Source: a bacterium
Lineage (GTDB): Bacteria; RBG-13-61-14; DATKZS01
NCBI GenBank assembly: GCA_963674965.2
Contig: CAXXFL010000003.1
Span: forward strand, 288,001-352,000
Length of the DNA stretch: 64,000 nucleotides
Direction: 5' to 3'
Shown piece by piece: positions 55,365-64,000 of the stretch; positions within the stretch are counted from its first letter, which is position 1, and the number at the start of each line of letters is the position of its first letter. A program made the translations under genes and the position numbers. The notes under the pieces are model-generated. The model was not told the DNA's origin. It saw only the letters and a program-made list of their open reading frames with translations, and did not search any database.

Positions 55365-56348
55365 TTACCGGCCGTCTTTTTTATCAGCCGACTTTTTCTT
55401 CTTTTTCCCGCCCGGTTTCTTGCCTTGTTTTTTGCCGGGGCCCTGTCCTTCCCCGGCCTCGGCTTTGTCCGGCCGTTCCTGATTTTGTTTTCCCGCGCCG
55501 AGCCTGGCCATCACGTGGGCCGGTATGATCATGGGCCGGTCCTTTTCGTCCTCCGAGTCCGGGGCCGCGGCGATCTCGTAGACGGGTGGTCTTTTCATGA
55601 TCCATACCCAGGCGCCGGCGGCGATGACCACGAGAATCACGCCGATGAACTGCGAGGTGGAAAGGGGGATGGGTCCGTCCTCGATAACGAACCCTCTTAT
55701 CTTGTCGCCCCTGAAGAACTCGATGACGATCCTGATGATCGGATACGCGGTGAACCAGATCAGGGTCGGGACCCCTCTTCTAACGCCGCGATTGATGACG
55801 ACGTAAATGGCCGCGGCCAGAATGAGCGAGGAAAACGACTCGTAAAGCGGGGTGGGATGAACGCCCAGGCCCAGGGTCTCGTGGTCGTGAGGGTAATGGA
55901 TGGCCCAGGGAAGGTCGCAGGCCTTGCCGTAGCAGCAGCCTCCCATCAGGCAACCCCATCTTCCAATGGCCAGGCCCAGGGCCAGGGGAGCGGCCAGGGT
56001 GTCGGTAATCTGTAAAAAGGGCATGCCCCGCCTTTTGGCGTACCACACCAAAAAGACGTTGACGGCTATGACGCCGCCGTACCATACCAGTCCGCCCTCC
56101 CTGGGGTTGAGCATTTTTATGGGGTGTTCCAAAAAGCTGTCATACTCGATAATGTTGTAAAGCAGCTTCGATCCCACCAGCCCGAAGATAATGACCCAGA
56201 TGTAAAGGTCCATGTAGAACTCGACGTCCTCATTTCGCCTGGTGGCGATCTTGTACATGAGGGCAAAGCCAAGCAGAAACCCCAGGGCCATGATGGGACC
56301 GTAGGTGTAAATCTGTTTTCCGAAAATCTCGAACAACACGGGATGCAT
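55365..56348 (-). CDS. lgt: Prolipoprotein diacylglyceryl transferase
   Basis: YTYG, GGLVWYGG, IGRWGCLMGGCCYG, HPTPLYE, EFFRGD, STSQ; SD GGAGG. Confidence 0.93.
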   Translation of the reverse strand: MHPVLFEIFGKQIYTYGPIMALGFLLGFALMYKIATRRNEDVEFYMDLYIWVIIFGLVGSKLLYNIIEYDSFLEHPIKMLNPREGGLVWYGGVIAVNVFLVWYAKRRGMPFLQITDTLAAPLALGLAIGRWGCLMGGCCYGKACDLPWAIHYPHDHETLGLGVHPTPLYESFSSLILAAAIYVVINRGVRRGVPTLIWFTAYPIIRIVIEFFRGDKIRGFVIEDGPIPLSTSQFIGVILVVIAAGAWVWIMKRPPVYEIAAAPDSEDEKDRPMIIPAHVMARLGAGKQNQERPDKAEAGEGQGPGKKQGKKPGGKKKKKSADKKDGR

Positions 56349-56565
56349 TTATAAACGCCTCCAATTCAGCGCGCGATCATTACTTATGTCCATCTTGAGC
56401 GGCTTTTGTTCCCAAGGTACCGACTTTATCGGAAAAGGGGAGGATGAACGGAAATCGTAAAGAGGGTCCCCATCATCGCGTGACCTGTGCCGCCGGTCCG
56501 CGCTCCGCCTCGCCGGGCGGCAAGCCGAGCCGACTTCCCCTTTTTCAGCCGGCCTGGATTCCCCC

Positions 56566-58770
56566 TCATTTTTGCAGGGACTTTTTCTTTTTGATCAGCA
56601 TGTCCAGGGCCTGGGGCACCTGGTAAGCCAGTATTTGCAGCTCCGCCGCGTTGACGGGCACGAATTCCCCGCCTCCGTTGTCGCCGTAAAGGATGTAAAC
56701 GACCTTCTCGTTTTTCACGACGGGCATTATGAACACGTTGTTCGGCCGGTCTCCCCCCAGGGTCTTGAGGAACCTGTCGTTTATGGCGCCGGGCTGGAGC
56801 GGGCCCAGGAAAAAGCTCTTGGTCATGTTCACAAGCTGGAAGACGCTGGGCTCGGACATGGGAAGCATGATGGACTCGACCATGTCCGACTTGATGCCCG
56901 GACCCTGGCCGTCCCAGCCGAAGAGGGTCTGGCCCCTGACCGTGAAGAGCATGATCCTCTTGAAATATCCCATGGCGAAACCGATGACGATCCGCGAAAT
57001 GTCCTTCCTGTCGTCCACCTCGGTCAGCTTCTTTCGCGCCTCCTCCAGGGTGAGCTCGACGTACTCCTCGACTTCCTCCTCCTCTTCATCCTCCGGCTCC
57101 TCGTCCGGAACGAAAGCCTCGGCTTCCTCCACGCTGGCCAGGTCCTCGGCCCCCAGCTCGATCACCTGGAGAACGCCCGGAGACGTGCCCTCCCCGACGG
57201 CCTCGATGGAAGGCTCGGACGCCGGCGCCTCGGCGGGAGGAGGAGCGGGCTCCTCGATGCCCCCGGGGACCCCGGCTTCCGGCGCGGCCGTCTCGGCGGG
57301 CGGCGGCGGAGGCTCGGGAGCGGAAGGCTCGGGAGGAGGAGGCGGTGGAGGCGCCGCGACCTTCTCCGCGGGAGCGGCTTCCTTCTTGACCTCGGGCGCC
57401 TGCTCGCCGGGCAGGACCACCGTTACACCTATGGCCGGTCCCTGCCGCTTGAACTCCTCCAGGATTCCCTCGATCCACTCGACGGGAGCGTTGGCCTCGA
57501 TGATGAACCAGTTGGCGAGGAAGTTCATGCTCACCACGTTGTTCTTGAGCTGGCTCTTGACGAAGAGCTTAAGGAACTCCTGCAGGGTCTGCTTGGGTAT
57601 GAATTTCTGCACGTCCCGCTTCATCAGCAGTGAATACAGGGCCTGGGCCACTTCCTTGTACGGCTGCCTGCCGGTTGGGACCGGCACGCGGGGAGGGGCC
57701 TCGGCGGGCGGCGGGGTGGGCTCGGTGGCGGCGCCACCGGGCGGTATGGACGCCTCCGGCGACGAAACCGCCGGGCCGGGTCCGGGTATGGTTTCCATGG
57801 GAGGACTCGGCGGAGGCGCGGCCGTTCCGGGAGAGGGCTGCCCCGGAGGCGCCTGGAACGGGTTGGCCGGCGGCGGCGCGGGCGGAAAAGGCGTCTGTCC
57901 CGGCTGCGGCTGGTATTGCCCCGGCGGCATGGGATACCCCGCGGGCGGGGGGTAAGGAGGAGCGCCGGGATAGGGGGTTCCCGGAGGCATGGGCTGGCCC
58001 GGATAAGGAGCGGGTTGCCCGGGCATGGGATACGGGGCCGGCTGGCCGGGGTACCCGGGAGGATACTGGCCGGGAAAGCCGCCGGGCGGGACCTGCCCCG
58101 GCGCCTGGACGGGCTCCTCTTCGGGCTCGGCCCGGGTGAACGACTCGTCCGCTATCTTCTGGAAATCCTCCTCGCTCTGGAGGTCGCCGCTGGCGTCGAA
58201 GCCCACCTTTTTGCGGGCCGCCTCCCGCTGTTCCCAGACCGAGGCGCTCATGCCCTCGGGCGGTCCGTCCCTTTTTTCCTTCTTGACCTCCTCGCGGGGC
58301 TTTTCCCGATACATCATGGCCAGGTTTATGTAGCGCAGTTCCCGGCCCACGTTGTAGAACCTGGTTAAAAGGTCGTAGACCCGAAGCTCGGGCAGGACCA
58401 GCGGCTTGATCCGCTTGCCCGTGGCGAACTCGATTTCCTGGATCGCCTGCAGGTCGCTCGGGTCGGTCATGACCACGTAAAGGTCGCGCCCGTCCAGCTT
58501 GATGGGGAAAGCCTCGCAGTTCTTGGCCAGTTTCTTGTTGAAAAGCTTGATGACCTCGGGCCGCACCCGGTTTAAGCTGGTCCACTTTACGGTGGGCGCC
58601 CCCGTCTTCTTGGCGATATATTTCGTGAGGGTCTGCTCGTCTATATAGCCGAGCTCGACGAGGTTCGATCCCAACCTGCCGCCGAATATCACCTGAGCCT
58701 GTATGGCCTCCTCGAGTTGCTCGGACGTGACGACGCCCGCGTCAACCAACATCTGGCCTAATTGAGCCAT
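56566..58770 (-). CDS. MshEN/GspE-N domain protein with long Pro-rich linkers and no ATPase domain
   Basis: QLGQMLVDAGVV...LEEAIQAQ...RLGSNLVELGYI; VVMTDPSD...IEFATG; no Walker A motif; C-terminal YILYGDN domain. Confidence 0.85.
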   Translation of the reverse strand: MAQLGQMLVDAGVVTSEQLEEAIQAQVIFGGRLGSNLVELGYIDEQTLTKYIAKKTGAPTVKWTSLNRVRPEVIKLFNKKLAKNCEAFPIKLDGRDLYVVMTDPSDLQAIQEIEFATGKRIKPLVLPELRVYDLLTRFYNVGRELRYINLAMMYREKPREEVKKEKRDGPPEGMSASVWEQREAARKKVGFDASGDLQSEEDFQKIADESFTRAEPEEEPVQAPGQVPPGGFPGQYPPGYPGQPAPYPMPGQPAPYPGQPMPPGTPYPGAPPYPPPAGYPMPPGQYQPQPGQTPFPPAPPPANPFQAPPGQPSPGTAAPPPSPPMETIPGPGPAVSSPEASIPPGGAATEPTPPPAEAPPRVPVPTGRQPYKEVAQALYSLLMKRDVQKFIPKQTLQEFLKLFVKSQLKNNVVSMNFLANWFIIEANAPVEWIEGILEEFKRQGPAIGVTVVLPGEQAPEVKKEAAPAEKVAAPPPPPPPEPSAPEPPPPPAETAAPEAGVPGGIEEPAPPPAEAPASEPSIEAVGEGTSPGVLQVIELGAEDLASVEEAEAFVPDEEPEDEEEEEVEEYVELTLEEARKKLTEVDDRKDISRIVIGFAMGYFKRIMLFTVRGQTLFGWDGQGPGIKSDMVESIMLPMSEPSVFQLVNMTKSFFLGPLQPGAINDRFLKTLGGDRPNNVFIMPVVKNEKVVYILYGDNGGGEFVPVNAAELQILAYQVPQALDMLIKKKKSLQK

Positions 58771-59101
58771 ATTTCCAGCATGTCCTCCCCTGGTCGGAAA
58801 AACGGGGAATTGGCGGTGGCGTCCCTAAATCGACGGCCATTCCCCGTGAAACGCGTTATAAACCGCGTCTTTAAATTAACATCGGCTCCTTGAAAATGCA
58901 AGCGGGAAAAAAGGGCCGGACCTCGCGTGGGAAGCCAAACCAGGCGAATTGAAAAGACAATCCCGCCAAGACTTGCCGGGACCGGCGATTAAAGCCGACG
59001 CCGAGAGACGGTACCGGCAAAAGGCTGAAAATAAAAATTGGATAAGCATCGGTTTTATGCTAGATATAGTATGAAACCATGATCGAGAGGGAGGATAAGC
59101 G

Positions 59102-59974
59102 GTGAAAGACGGACGCTACATCATTACGGCGCTTCTTCTGATCGCGCTTCCGTTGGCCGTGCTGGCGAAAGGCGAGGCGGACGACTGGGCCAAGGCCCAG
59201 AAAAAGGGCACCATTCAGGCCTACGACGAGCACCTGAAGAACTACCCGAGGGGGACCTACTCCGAGCAGGCGAAAAGGGAGGCCTCGAGACTGAGCGGTC
59301 CCGAGCTTCAGAACTCGGCTTCCCGGTGCGACTCCCTGTTTCCCCGGGTCTTTTATTACTCGGTCTCGGCCTCGGGCGCTCCGGTGGTAAGCGGGGCGGC
59401 GGTCAGCTCCAGCCTGGACAAGGCCGCCGGCTGCATGGGCATGGCCAAGAGCATCGGCAAGGACGACAGGCCTCACGCGGCGGCCGGGCTTTTGGATTCG
59501 CGCTCGAGCCTGGTCCAGATGAACGTCCAGGGCGTGGGCGTTCGAGAGGTTATCAACCTGGACCTCGTCCTGCTCGAGATCGAGAACGAGGTGATAATGG
59601 ACGCCTACGACGAGACGGTGAAATGCAAGAACCAGAGCGCCTGGGTTGACACTCCCAAGTCGGAGGTCTTCAAGTGCTCGAGGCCCCACCAGGAGGTCCA
59701 GGCCCGCATGGCCCAAGCCATGTCCGACCAGTTGAAATACGACTTCGCCAACGTGTCCTCCGTGCCCGACGAGAATTTCCGCATGGGCTTCTGGAAGGAA
59801 GTTAACGGCATGTGCCGATGGCTGGTCCTGGAGCAGATGGGCCCGGCCTTCGGACTCTACGCCGACGCCAAGAACGCCATGGCCCGGGAGCCCAACAAGA
59901 ACATCGCGGGCAAAATCGAGGACGTGTCCATCAAGCTGGCCGGAACCGGAAAGCCCACCGGCGGCTTCAGATAA
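59102..59974 (+). CDS. Secreted hypothetical protein
   Basis: SD GGAGG; signal peptide; DWAKAQKKGTIQAYDEHLKNYPRGTYSEQA helical-hairpin motif; six Cys. Confidence 0.75.
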   Translation: MKDGRYIITALLLIALPLAVLAKGEADDWAKAQKKGTIQAYDEHLKNYPRGTYSEQAKREASRLSGPELQNSASRCDSLFPRVFYYSVSASGAPVVSGAAVSSSLDKAAGCMGMAKSIGKDDRPHAAAGLLDSRSSLVQMNVQGVGVREVINLDLVLLEIENEVIMDAYDETVKCKNQSAWVDTPKSEVFKCSRPHQEVQARMAQAMSDQLKYDFANVSSVPDENFRMGFWKEVNGMCRWLVLEQMGPAFGLYADAKNAMAREPNKNIAGKIEDVSIKLAGTGKPTGGFR

Positions 59975-60059
59975 TCGAGCGGCCGGCCGGGAAAAAACCC
60001 GACGCCGGGAATGGGGACGCCGGTCCGCGGCGCATCGGCCGGGCCCGGCGGGAGATCGG

Positions 60060-61412
60060 ATGAATCAAAAAGCATCTCGCGTTCCAAGAAGGACCTTTAT
60101 TCAAGCCGCGTCATCGGCCGCCCTCCTGCCCCTGGCGGCCGGGTCGGCCAAAGCCGGCGGTCCCAATATCATACTTATTACCGCCGACGACCTGGGATGG
60201 CGAGACCTGGGCTGCTACGGAAGCGGCAACTTAAGGACGCCCAACCTGGACGCCCTGGCCGAGCAGGGCGTAAGGTTCACCAACGCCTTCGTTACCGCCC
60301 CCTCCTGCAGCGCCTCCCGAGCCTCGATCATCACCGGACAGGCGCCGCATTCGGTGGGAGTGCTCGGGCTTACCCACGTCCATCCCCGCTACCAGATGCC
60401 GGCCAGGGTCCCCACCATGCCCCGCGCTCTCAAACAAAAAGGCTACAGGACGGCCATTCACGGCAAGTGGCACGTCGCGGCCTTCCGCGATACCCGGTCC
60501 TACGGCTACGACCTGAGAATGAGCGTCATGACCATCAAAAGGTCGGGACCGGCCAAGAGGTTTATTTCCGCCAACCGGAACCATCCCTTTTATCTCGAGC
60601 TGAACTTCATGCAAACCCATCGCCTGCCGAGCGGCGAGTTCAAAATGGACCCCCGCTTTCCCGTGGACCCCGAGGCCGTCGAGCTGCCCGACTACTGGCG
60701 CCTGCCCGACTGGCCCGAGATAAAAAAGGACGCGGCCAAATACTACAGCCAGGCCGAGGCCATGGACGGCCTGATCGGTGACGTCATGGGCCGCCTCGAG
60801 GACGAGGGCCTGGCGGAAAACACCCTGGTCCTTTTCGTGTCCGACAACGGCCCGCCCTATCCGGGCTGCAAGACCACCTGTTACGACGCGGGAATCGGTA
60901 CCCCCCTGATTATGCGCTGGCCGAGGGGACTGCCGGCGGGCCAGGTACGGGACGGCCTCGTCTCGACCGCGGACCTGGCGCCCACTTGTCTCGAGGCGGC
61001 GGGGGCCGGGGCTTTGCCCGGCTGCCAGGGCTTGTCGCTCCTGGGCATGGCCCGAGGCGAGGTCGAGTCGGTAAGGGACGAGGTCTTCGCCGAGGTCACC
61101 TATCACGTCAAGTATACGCCCATGCGGGCGATCAGGACCATGAAGTGGAAATACATCGAGAACCTCTCGCCCGACCCAACCGGACTCGATCAGAACGAGC
61201 GCTTCGACTGGGCCAGGCGGGTCGCCCGCGAGCCGGGCCAGCGCTGTTGCGTTCTCCGTCCCCCCGAGGAACTCTATGACCTCGCCCGCGATCCCCTCGA
61301 GCAAAACAACCTGGCCGAGGACCCGGGGCGCGCCGGAATAAAAAAGGACTTGAAGGCCAGGCTCGATAAACACCGGGCCGAGACCAACGACCCCTTTCCC
61401 AACCTGCGCTAA
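60060..61412 (+). CDS. Tat-exported Cys-type sulfatase (sulfamidase-like)
   Basis: PRRTFI twin-Arg signal; PNIILITADDLG, CSASRASIITG, GKWH, SDNG, EELYDL..DP.E..NLA. Confidence 0.92.
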   Translation: MNQKASRVPRRTFIQAASSAALLPLAAGSAKAGGPNIILITADDLGWRDLGCYGSGNLRTPNLDALAEQGVRFTNAFVTAPSCSASRASIITGQAPHSVGVLGLTHVHPRYQMPARVPTMPRALKQKGYRTAIHGKWHVAAFRDTRSYGYDLRMSVMTIKRSGPAKRFISANRNHPFYLELNFMQTHRLPSGEFKMDPRFPVDPEAVELPDYWRLPDWPEIKKDAAKYYSQAEAMDGLIGDVMGRLEDEGLAENTLVLFVSDNGPPYPGCKTTCYDAGIGTPLIMRWPRGLPAGQVRDGLVSTADLAPTCLEAAGAGALPGCQGLSLLGMARGEVESVRDEVFAEVTYHVKYTPMRAIRTMKWKYIENLSPDPTGLDQNERFDWARRVAREPGQRCCVLRPPEELYDLARDPLEQNNLAEDPGRAGIKKDLKARLDKHRAETNDPFPNLR

Positions 61413-61429
61413 GAAAGTACTGGACTAGT

Positions 61430-62854
61430 TTATGGCGACTCGGGGACCTCCAGTCCCAGGTAGTCGCGGGCGTTGTTGAAGCAGACGTCCCGGATCATGG
61501 CGCCCACCAGCTCGTCCTCATCGGGTATCTCGCCCGACTCCACCTCCGCTCCGATCAGGTTGCAAAGGACCCGGCGGAAGTATTCGTGCCTCGGGTAGGA
61601 CATGAAAGACCTCGAGTCCGTGAGCATGCCCACGAACCTCGAGAGCAGCCCCAGGCCGGAAAGGGCGTTAAGCTGCCACTCGATGCCCTCCTTTTGATCG
61701 AGGAACCACCATCCCGACCCGAACTGTATCTTGCCCGGTATGGAACCGTCCTGGAAGTTGCCGATCATGGTCCCCACCAGGTAATTGTGGCTGGGGTTCA
61801 GGTTGTAAATGATGGTTTTGGGAAGCTCGCCCCTCGAGTCCAGGCCGTCAAGATAAGCCGCGAGCGACCGGCCCTGCTCGAGGTCGCCGATCGAGTCGAA
61901 CCCCACGTCCGGTCCCAGCCGTTTGAACGCGCGGGAATTGTTATCGCGCATGGCGCCCAGGTGTAGCTGCTTGGTCCATCCCTTCCGAGCGTCGAGTCTT
62001 CCGAAAAAGAGCATCAGAAAACCGGCGAAGGCCTCCCGGCCGGGAGGAGGAATTTCCTTTCCCCCTCTCGCGTCGGCGAAAATGGCCGAGGCCTTTTTTT
62101 CGTCGGCGTATAGGGACGGGGCCTTCTCGAGTCCGTGATCGGACAGGCGGCACCCGAGTTGGTGGAAGAAGTCATGGCGCCTCTCGATCGCCGCGAGAAG
62201 CGACTCGAGGTCCCCGATCTCCACGTCGGCCATTTGCCCGAGCTTGTCCACCCACCGGTTCCAGGCGGCCGGGTCGGAAAGGGCCATGGCCTTGTCCGGA
62301 CGAAAAGCAGGATACACGCGGACGCCGGTCTCGGACCGGGCCAGACGAGCGTGGTGGGAAAGGTCGTCCGTCGGGTCGTCCGTGGTGCAGACGGCCGCGA
62401 CTTTGAATTTCCTCATTATGCCCAACGCGCTCATCTCCGGCTCGGACAGCCGCTCCCTTGCCTTGTCCCATATGGCCCTCGCGGTTTGGGGGCCGAGAAG
62501 GTCGTCCACGTCGAAATAGCGCTTCAGCTCGAGGTGTGTCCAGTGATAAAGAGGGTTGCGGAGGGCGCGGGGAACGGTCCTGGCCCAGGCCATGAACTTA
62601 TCGAAGGGGCTCGCGTCGCCCGTGCAATAGCGCTCGGGCTCGCCGTTCGAGCGCATGGCCCGCCACTTGTAGTGATCGCCCTCCAGCCATATCTCGAAAA
62701 GGTCGTTGAAGCGGCGGTCGTTGGCCACGTCGGCCGGCGGCAGGTGGCAGTGATAGTCGAGAATCGGCATGTCCCGGGCGAAGCGCTCGAAGAGCTCGAG
62801 TCCTTTTTTATTGTGGATGAGGAAGTCGTCCGTAATGAATGGTTTCGAGGGCAT
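61430..62854 (-). CDS. uxaC: Glucuronate (uronate) isomerase
   Basis: PILDYHCHL, GDHYKWRAMR, NPLYHWTHLEL, CTTDDP, GSGWWFLDQ, GMLTDSRSFMSYPRHEYFRR. Confidence 0.96.
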   Translation of the reverse strand: MPSKPFITDDFLIHNKKGLELFERFARDMPILDYHCHLPPADVANDRRFNDLFEIWLEGDHYKWRAMRSNGEPERYCTGDASPFDKFMAWARTVPRALRNPLYHWTHLELKRYFDVDDLLGPQTARAIWDKARERLSEPEMSALGIMRKFKVAAVCTTDDPTDDLSHHARLARSETGVRVYPAFRPDKAMALSDPAAWNRWVDKLGQMADVEIGDLESLLAAIERRHDFFHQLGCRLSDHGLEKAPSLYADEKKASAIFADARGGKEIPPPGREAFAGFLMLFFGRLDARKGWTKQLHLGAMRDNNSRAFKRLGPDVGFDSIGDLEQGRSLAAYLDGLDSRGELPKTIIYNLNPSHNYLVGTMIGNFQDGSIPGKIQFGSGWWFLDQKEGIEWQLNALSGLGLLSRFVGMLTDSRSFMSYPRHEYFRRVLCNLIGAEVESGEIPDEDELVGAMIRDVCFNNARDYLGLEVPESP

Positions 62855-62904
62855 GGATAAAATCTCCCTTCCAGTTGAAGTAAACGAGAGGAGGGCTTTC
62901 GCGT

Positions 62905-63768
62905 TCAGTCGCCTCTCTCTTGTATTTTCCGGATCAGGTCGTAAACTTCTTGTCTTTTCCATCCCGTTTTCCTGGCTATCTCGGATGCCAGGCGGGACGG
63001 AGGATGACTCTTTTCGTCCAGGGCAAGGAGGACCATGTTTTCCACCTCCTCTTGAGAAGCGGCCGCCTTCTCCTTCGCGCCGCCTATCACGACCGTGACC
63101 TCGCCCTTGATCTCGCGTCCAGAGAGGGCCTTGATTATTTGTCCCAGGGTCCCGCCGATCCTTTCCTCATGCATCTTGGTAAGCTCGCGAAACAGGACCG
63201 CTTCCCTGTCTCCAAGAACGGCCAAGGCGTCTTCCAGGAAATCGAGCGTCCGGCGGGGAGACTCGAAGAACACCAGGGCGTCGCGCCTGTCGGCCAGTTC
63301 CTCGAGGGCCCTTTTTCTTGCTCCCGACTTCGCGGGCAAAAACCCGGCGAAGGTCACCCGGTCGGAGGGCAGCCCCGAGACGGATACGGCGGCGGTGAGG
63401 GCCGAGGGCCCCGGAATGGGCGAGGTTTTGATCCCCCGCCGGGCGCAGGCCTTGACCAGCCTGTAGCCGGGATCGGAAACCGCGGGAGAGCCGCCGTCCG
63501 TTACCAGGGCCACGTCCTTTCCTTCCTCGAGGAGGCGAATGATTCCGGGGATCGCCTCCTCCTCCCTGGGCTCGTAATAGCTGGAAATGGGTTTTTGAAT
63601 CCCCAGGCTGGAAAGAAGGGCCCGGGTCCTTCTCGTGTCCTCGGCCGCCACGTGGGCGACCTCCTCGAGGGTCCGCCTGACTCGGGGGCTTACGTCCTCG
63701 AGGTTGCCGATCGGCGTGGCCACCACGTAAAGAACGCCTGGCGCTTCCCTGGTTTTATCGCCGGACAT
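62905..63768 (-). CDS. rsmI: 16S rRNA (cytidine1402-2'-O)-methyltransferase
   Basis: LYVVATPIGNLED, AEDTRRT, VSDPG, PGPSA, FESPRR, RELTKMHE, KGE. Confidence 0.95.
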   Translation of the reverse strand: MSGDKTREAPGVLYVVATPIGNLEDVSPRVRRTLEEVAHVAAEDTRRTRALLSSLGIQKPISSYYEPREEEAIPGIIRLLEEGKDVALVTDGGSPAVSDPGYRLVKACARRGIKTSPIPGPSALTAAVSVSGLPSDRVTFAGFLPAKSGARKRALEELADRRDALVFFESPRRTLDFLEDALAVLGDREAVLFRELTKMHEERIGGTLGQIIKALSGREIKGEVTVVIGGAKEKAAASQEEVENMVLLALDEKSHPPSRLASEIARKTGWKRQEVYDLIRKIQERGD

Positions 63769-64000
63769 CAGACCGCCGGGAAGGCGCCGTCCAGCGCCCG
63801 GGCGAAAAGAGGGACCAGTAACCACTCGGCGGCCCTGATCGCGAGAAGGGACGCGCAAAACCCGGCGTAAAGGAGGCGGTAGAAATTCCGGAACCCGGCA
63901 ATATCGTCGTTTCCGTTCCAGGCCCGGTAATAATAAGCCCGCTCGATCCATACGGCCAGGAGCAGCGCTCCAATAAGGACGTACATGGGCGCGGCCCTGC
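63768..64000 (-). CDS. C-terminal part of a membrane protein that probably starts beyond the window
   Basis: Hydrophobic ORF (YVLIGALLLAVW...) whose TGA overlaps the rsmI ATG. Confidence 0.55.
   Translation of the reverse strand, partial: RAAPMYVLIGALLLAVWIERAYYYRAWNGNDDIAGFRNFYRLLYAGFCASLLAIRAAEWLLVPLFARALDGAFPAV

Noticed and set aside
58850-59100. c-di-GMP riboswitch upstream of the MshEN gene
   Set aside because: I could not find the class I or class II consensus on either strand.

Overview
GC-rich bacterial chromosomal segment; the gene content looks Deltaproteobacteria-like (inference). From left to right: a PAS hybrid kinase plus response regulator; a long minus-strand block (orphan vsr, NAD epimerase, DUF1877-like, GH63-like hydrolase, very long MCP, lipB, NtrY-like kinase, PDZ kinase plus receiver, AddAB-like pair); two lipoproteins, one with collagen-like and 10-aa repeats; a ~2.9-kb region (27865-30720) packed with several palindromic repeat families around a lone DUF4373/Lin1244-like phage-type gene; a URO-D family fusion; tRNA-Leu(CAG); a ~15-kb tightly coupled envelope operon (beta-propeller, VIT-vWA, 2401-aa TPR protein, lipoprotein, Thr-type sulfatase-like); then GMC oxidoreductase, MMPL transporter, TMTC-like TPR protein, M14 peptidase, lgt, an MshEN protein, a Tat sulfatase, uxaC and rsmI. 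The three strongest signals are (1) window-wide over-representation of the palindrome CTCGAG in all reading frames, alongside an orphan Vsr, (2) the uncharacterised VIT-vWA/giant-TPR operon and (3) the repeat-dense region with a 78-bp inverted repeat pair. I found no CRISPR array, integrase, transposase or reverse transcriptase. All family calls come from motif recognition by eye, not database searches.
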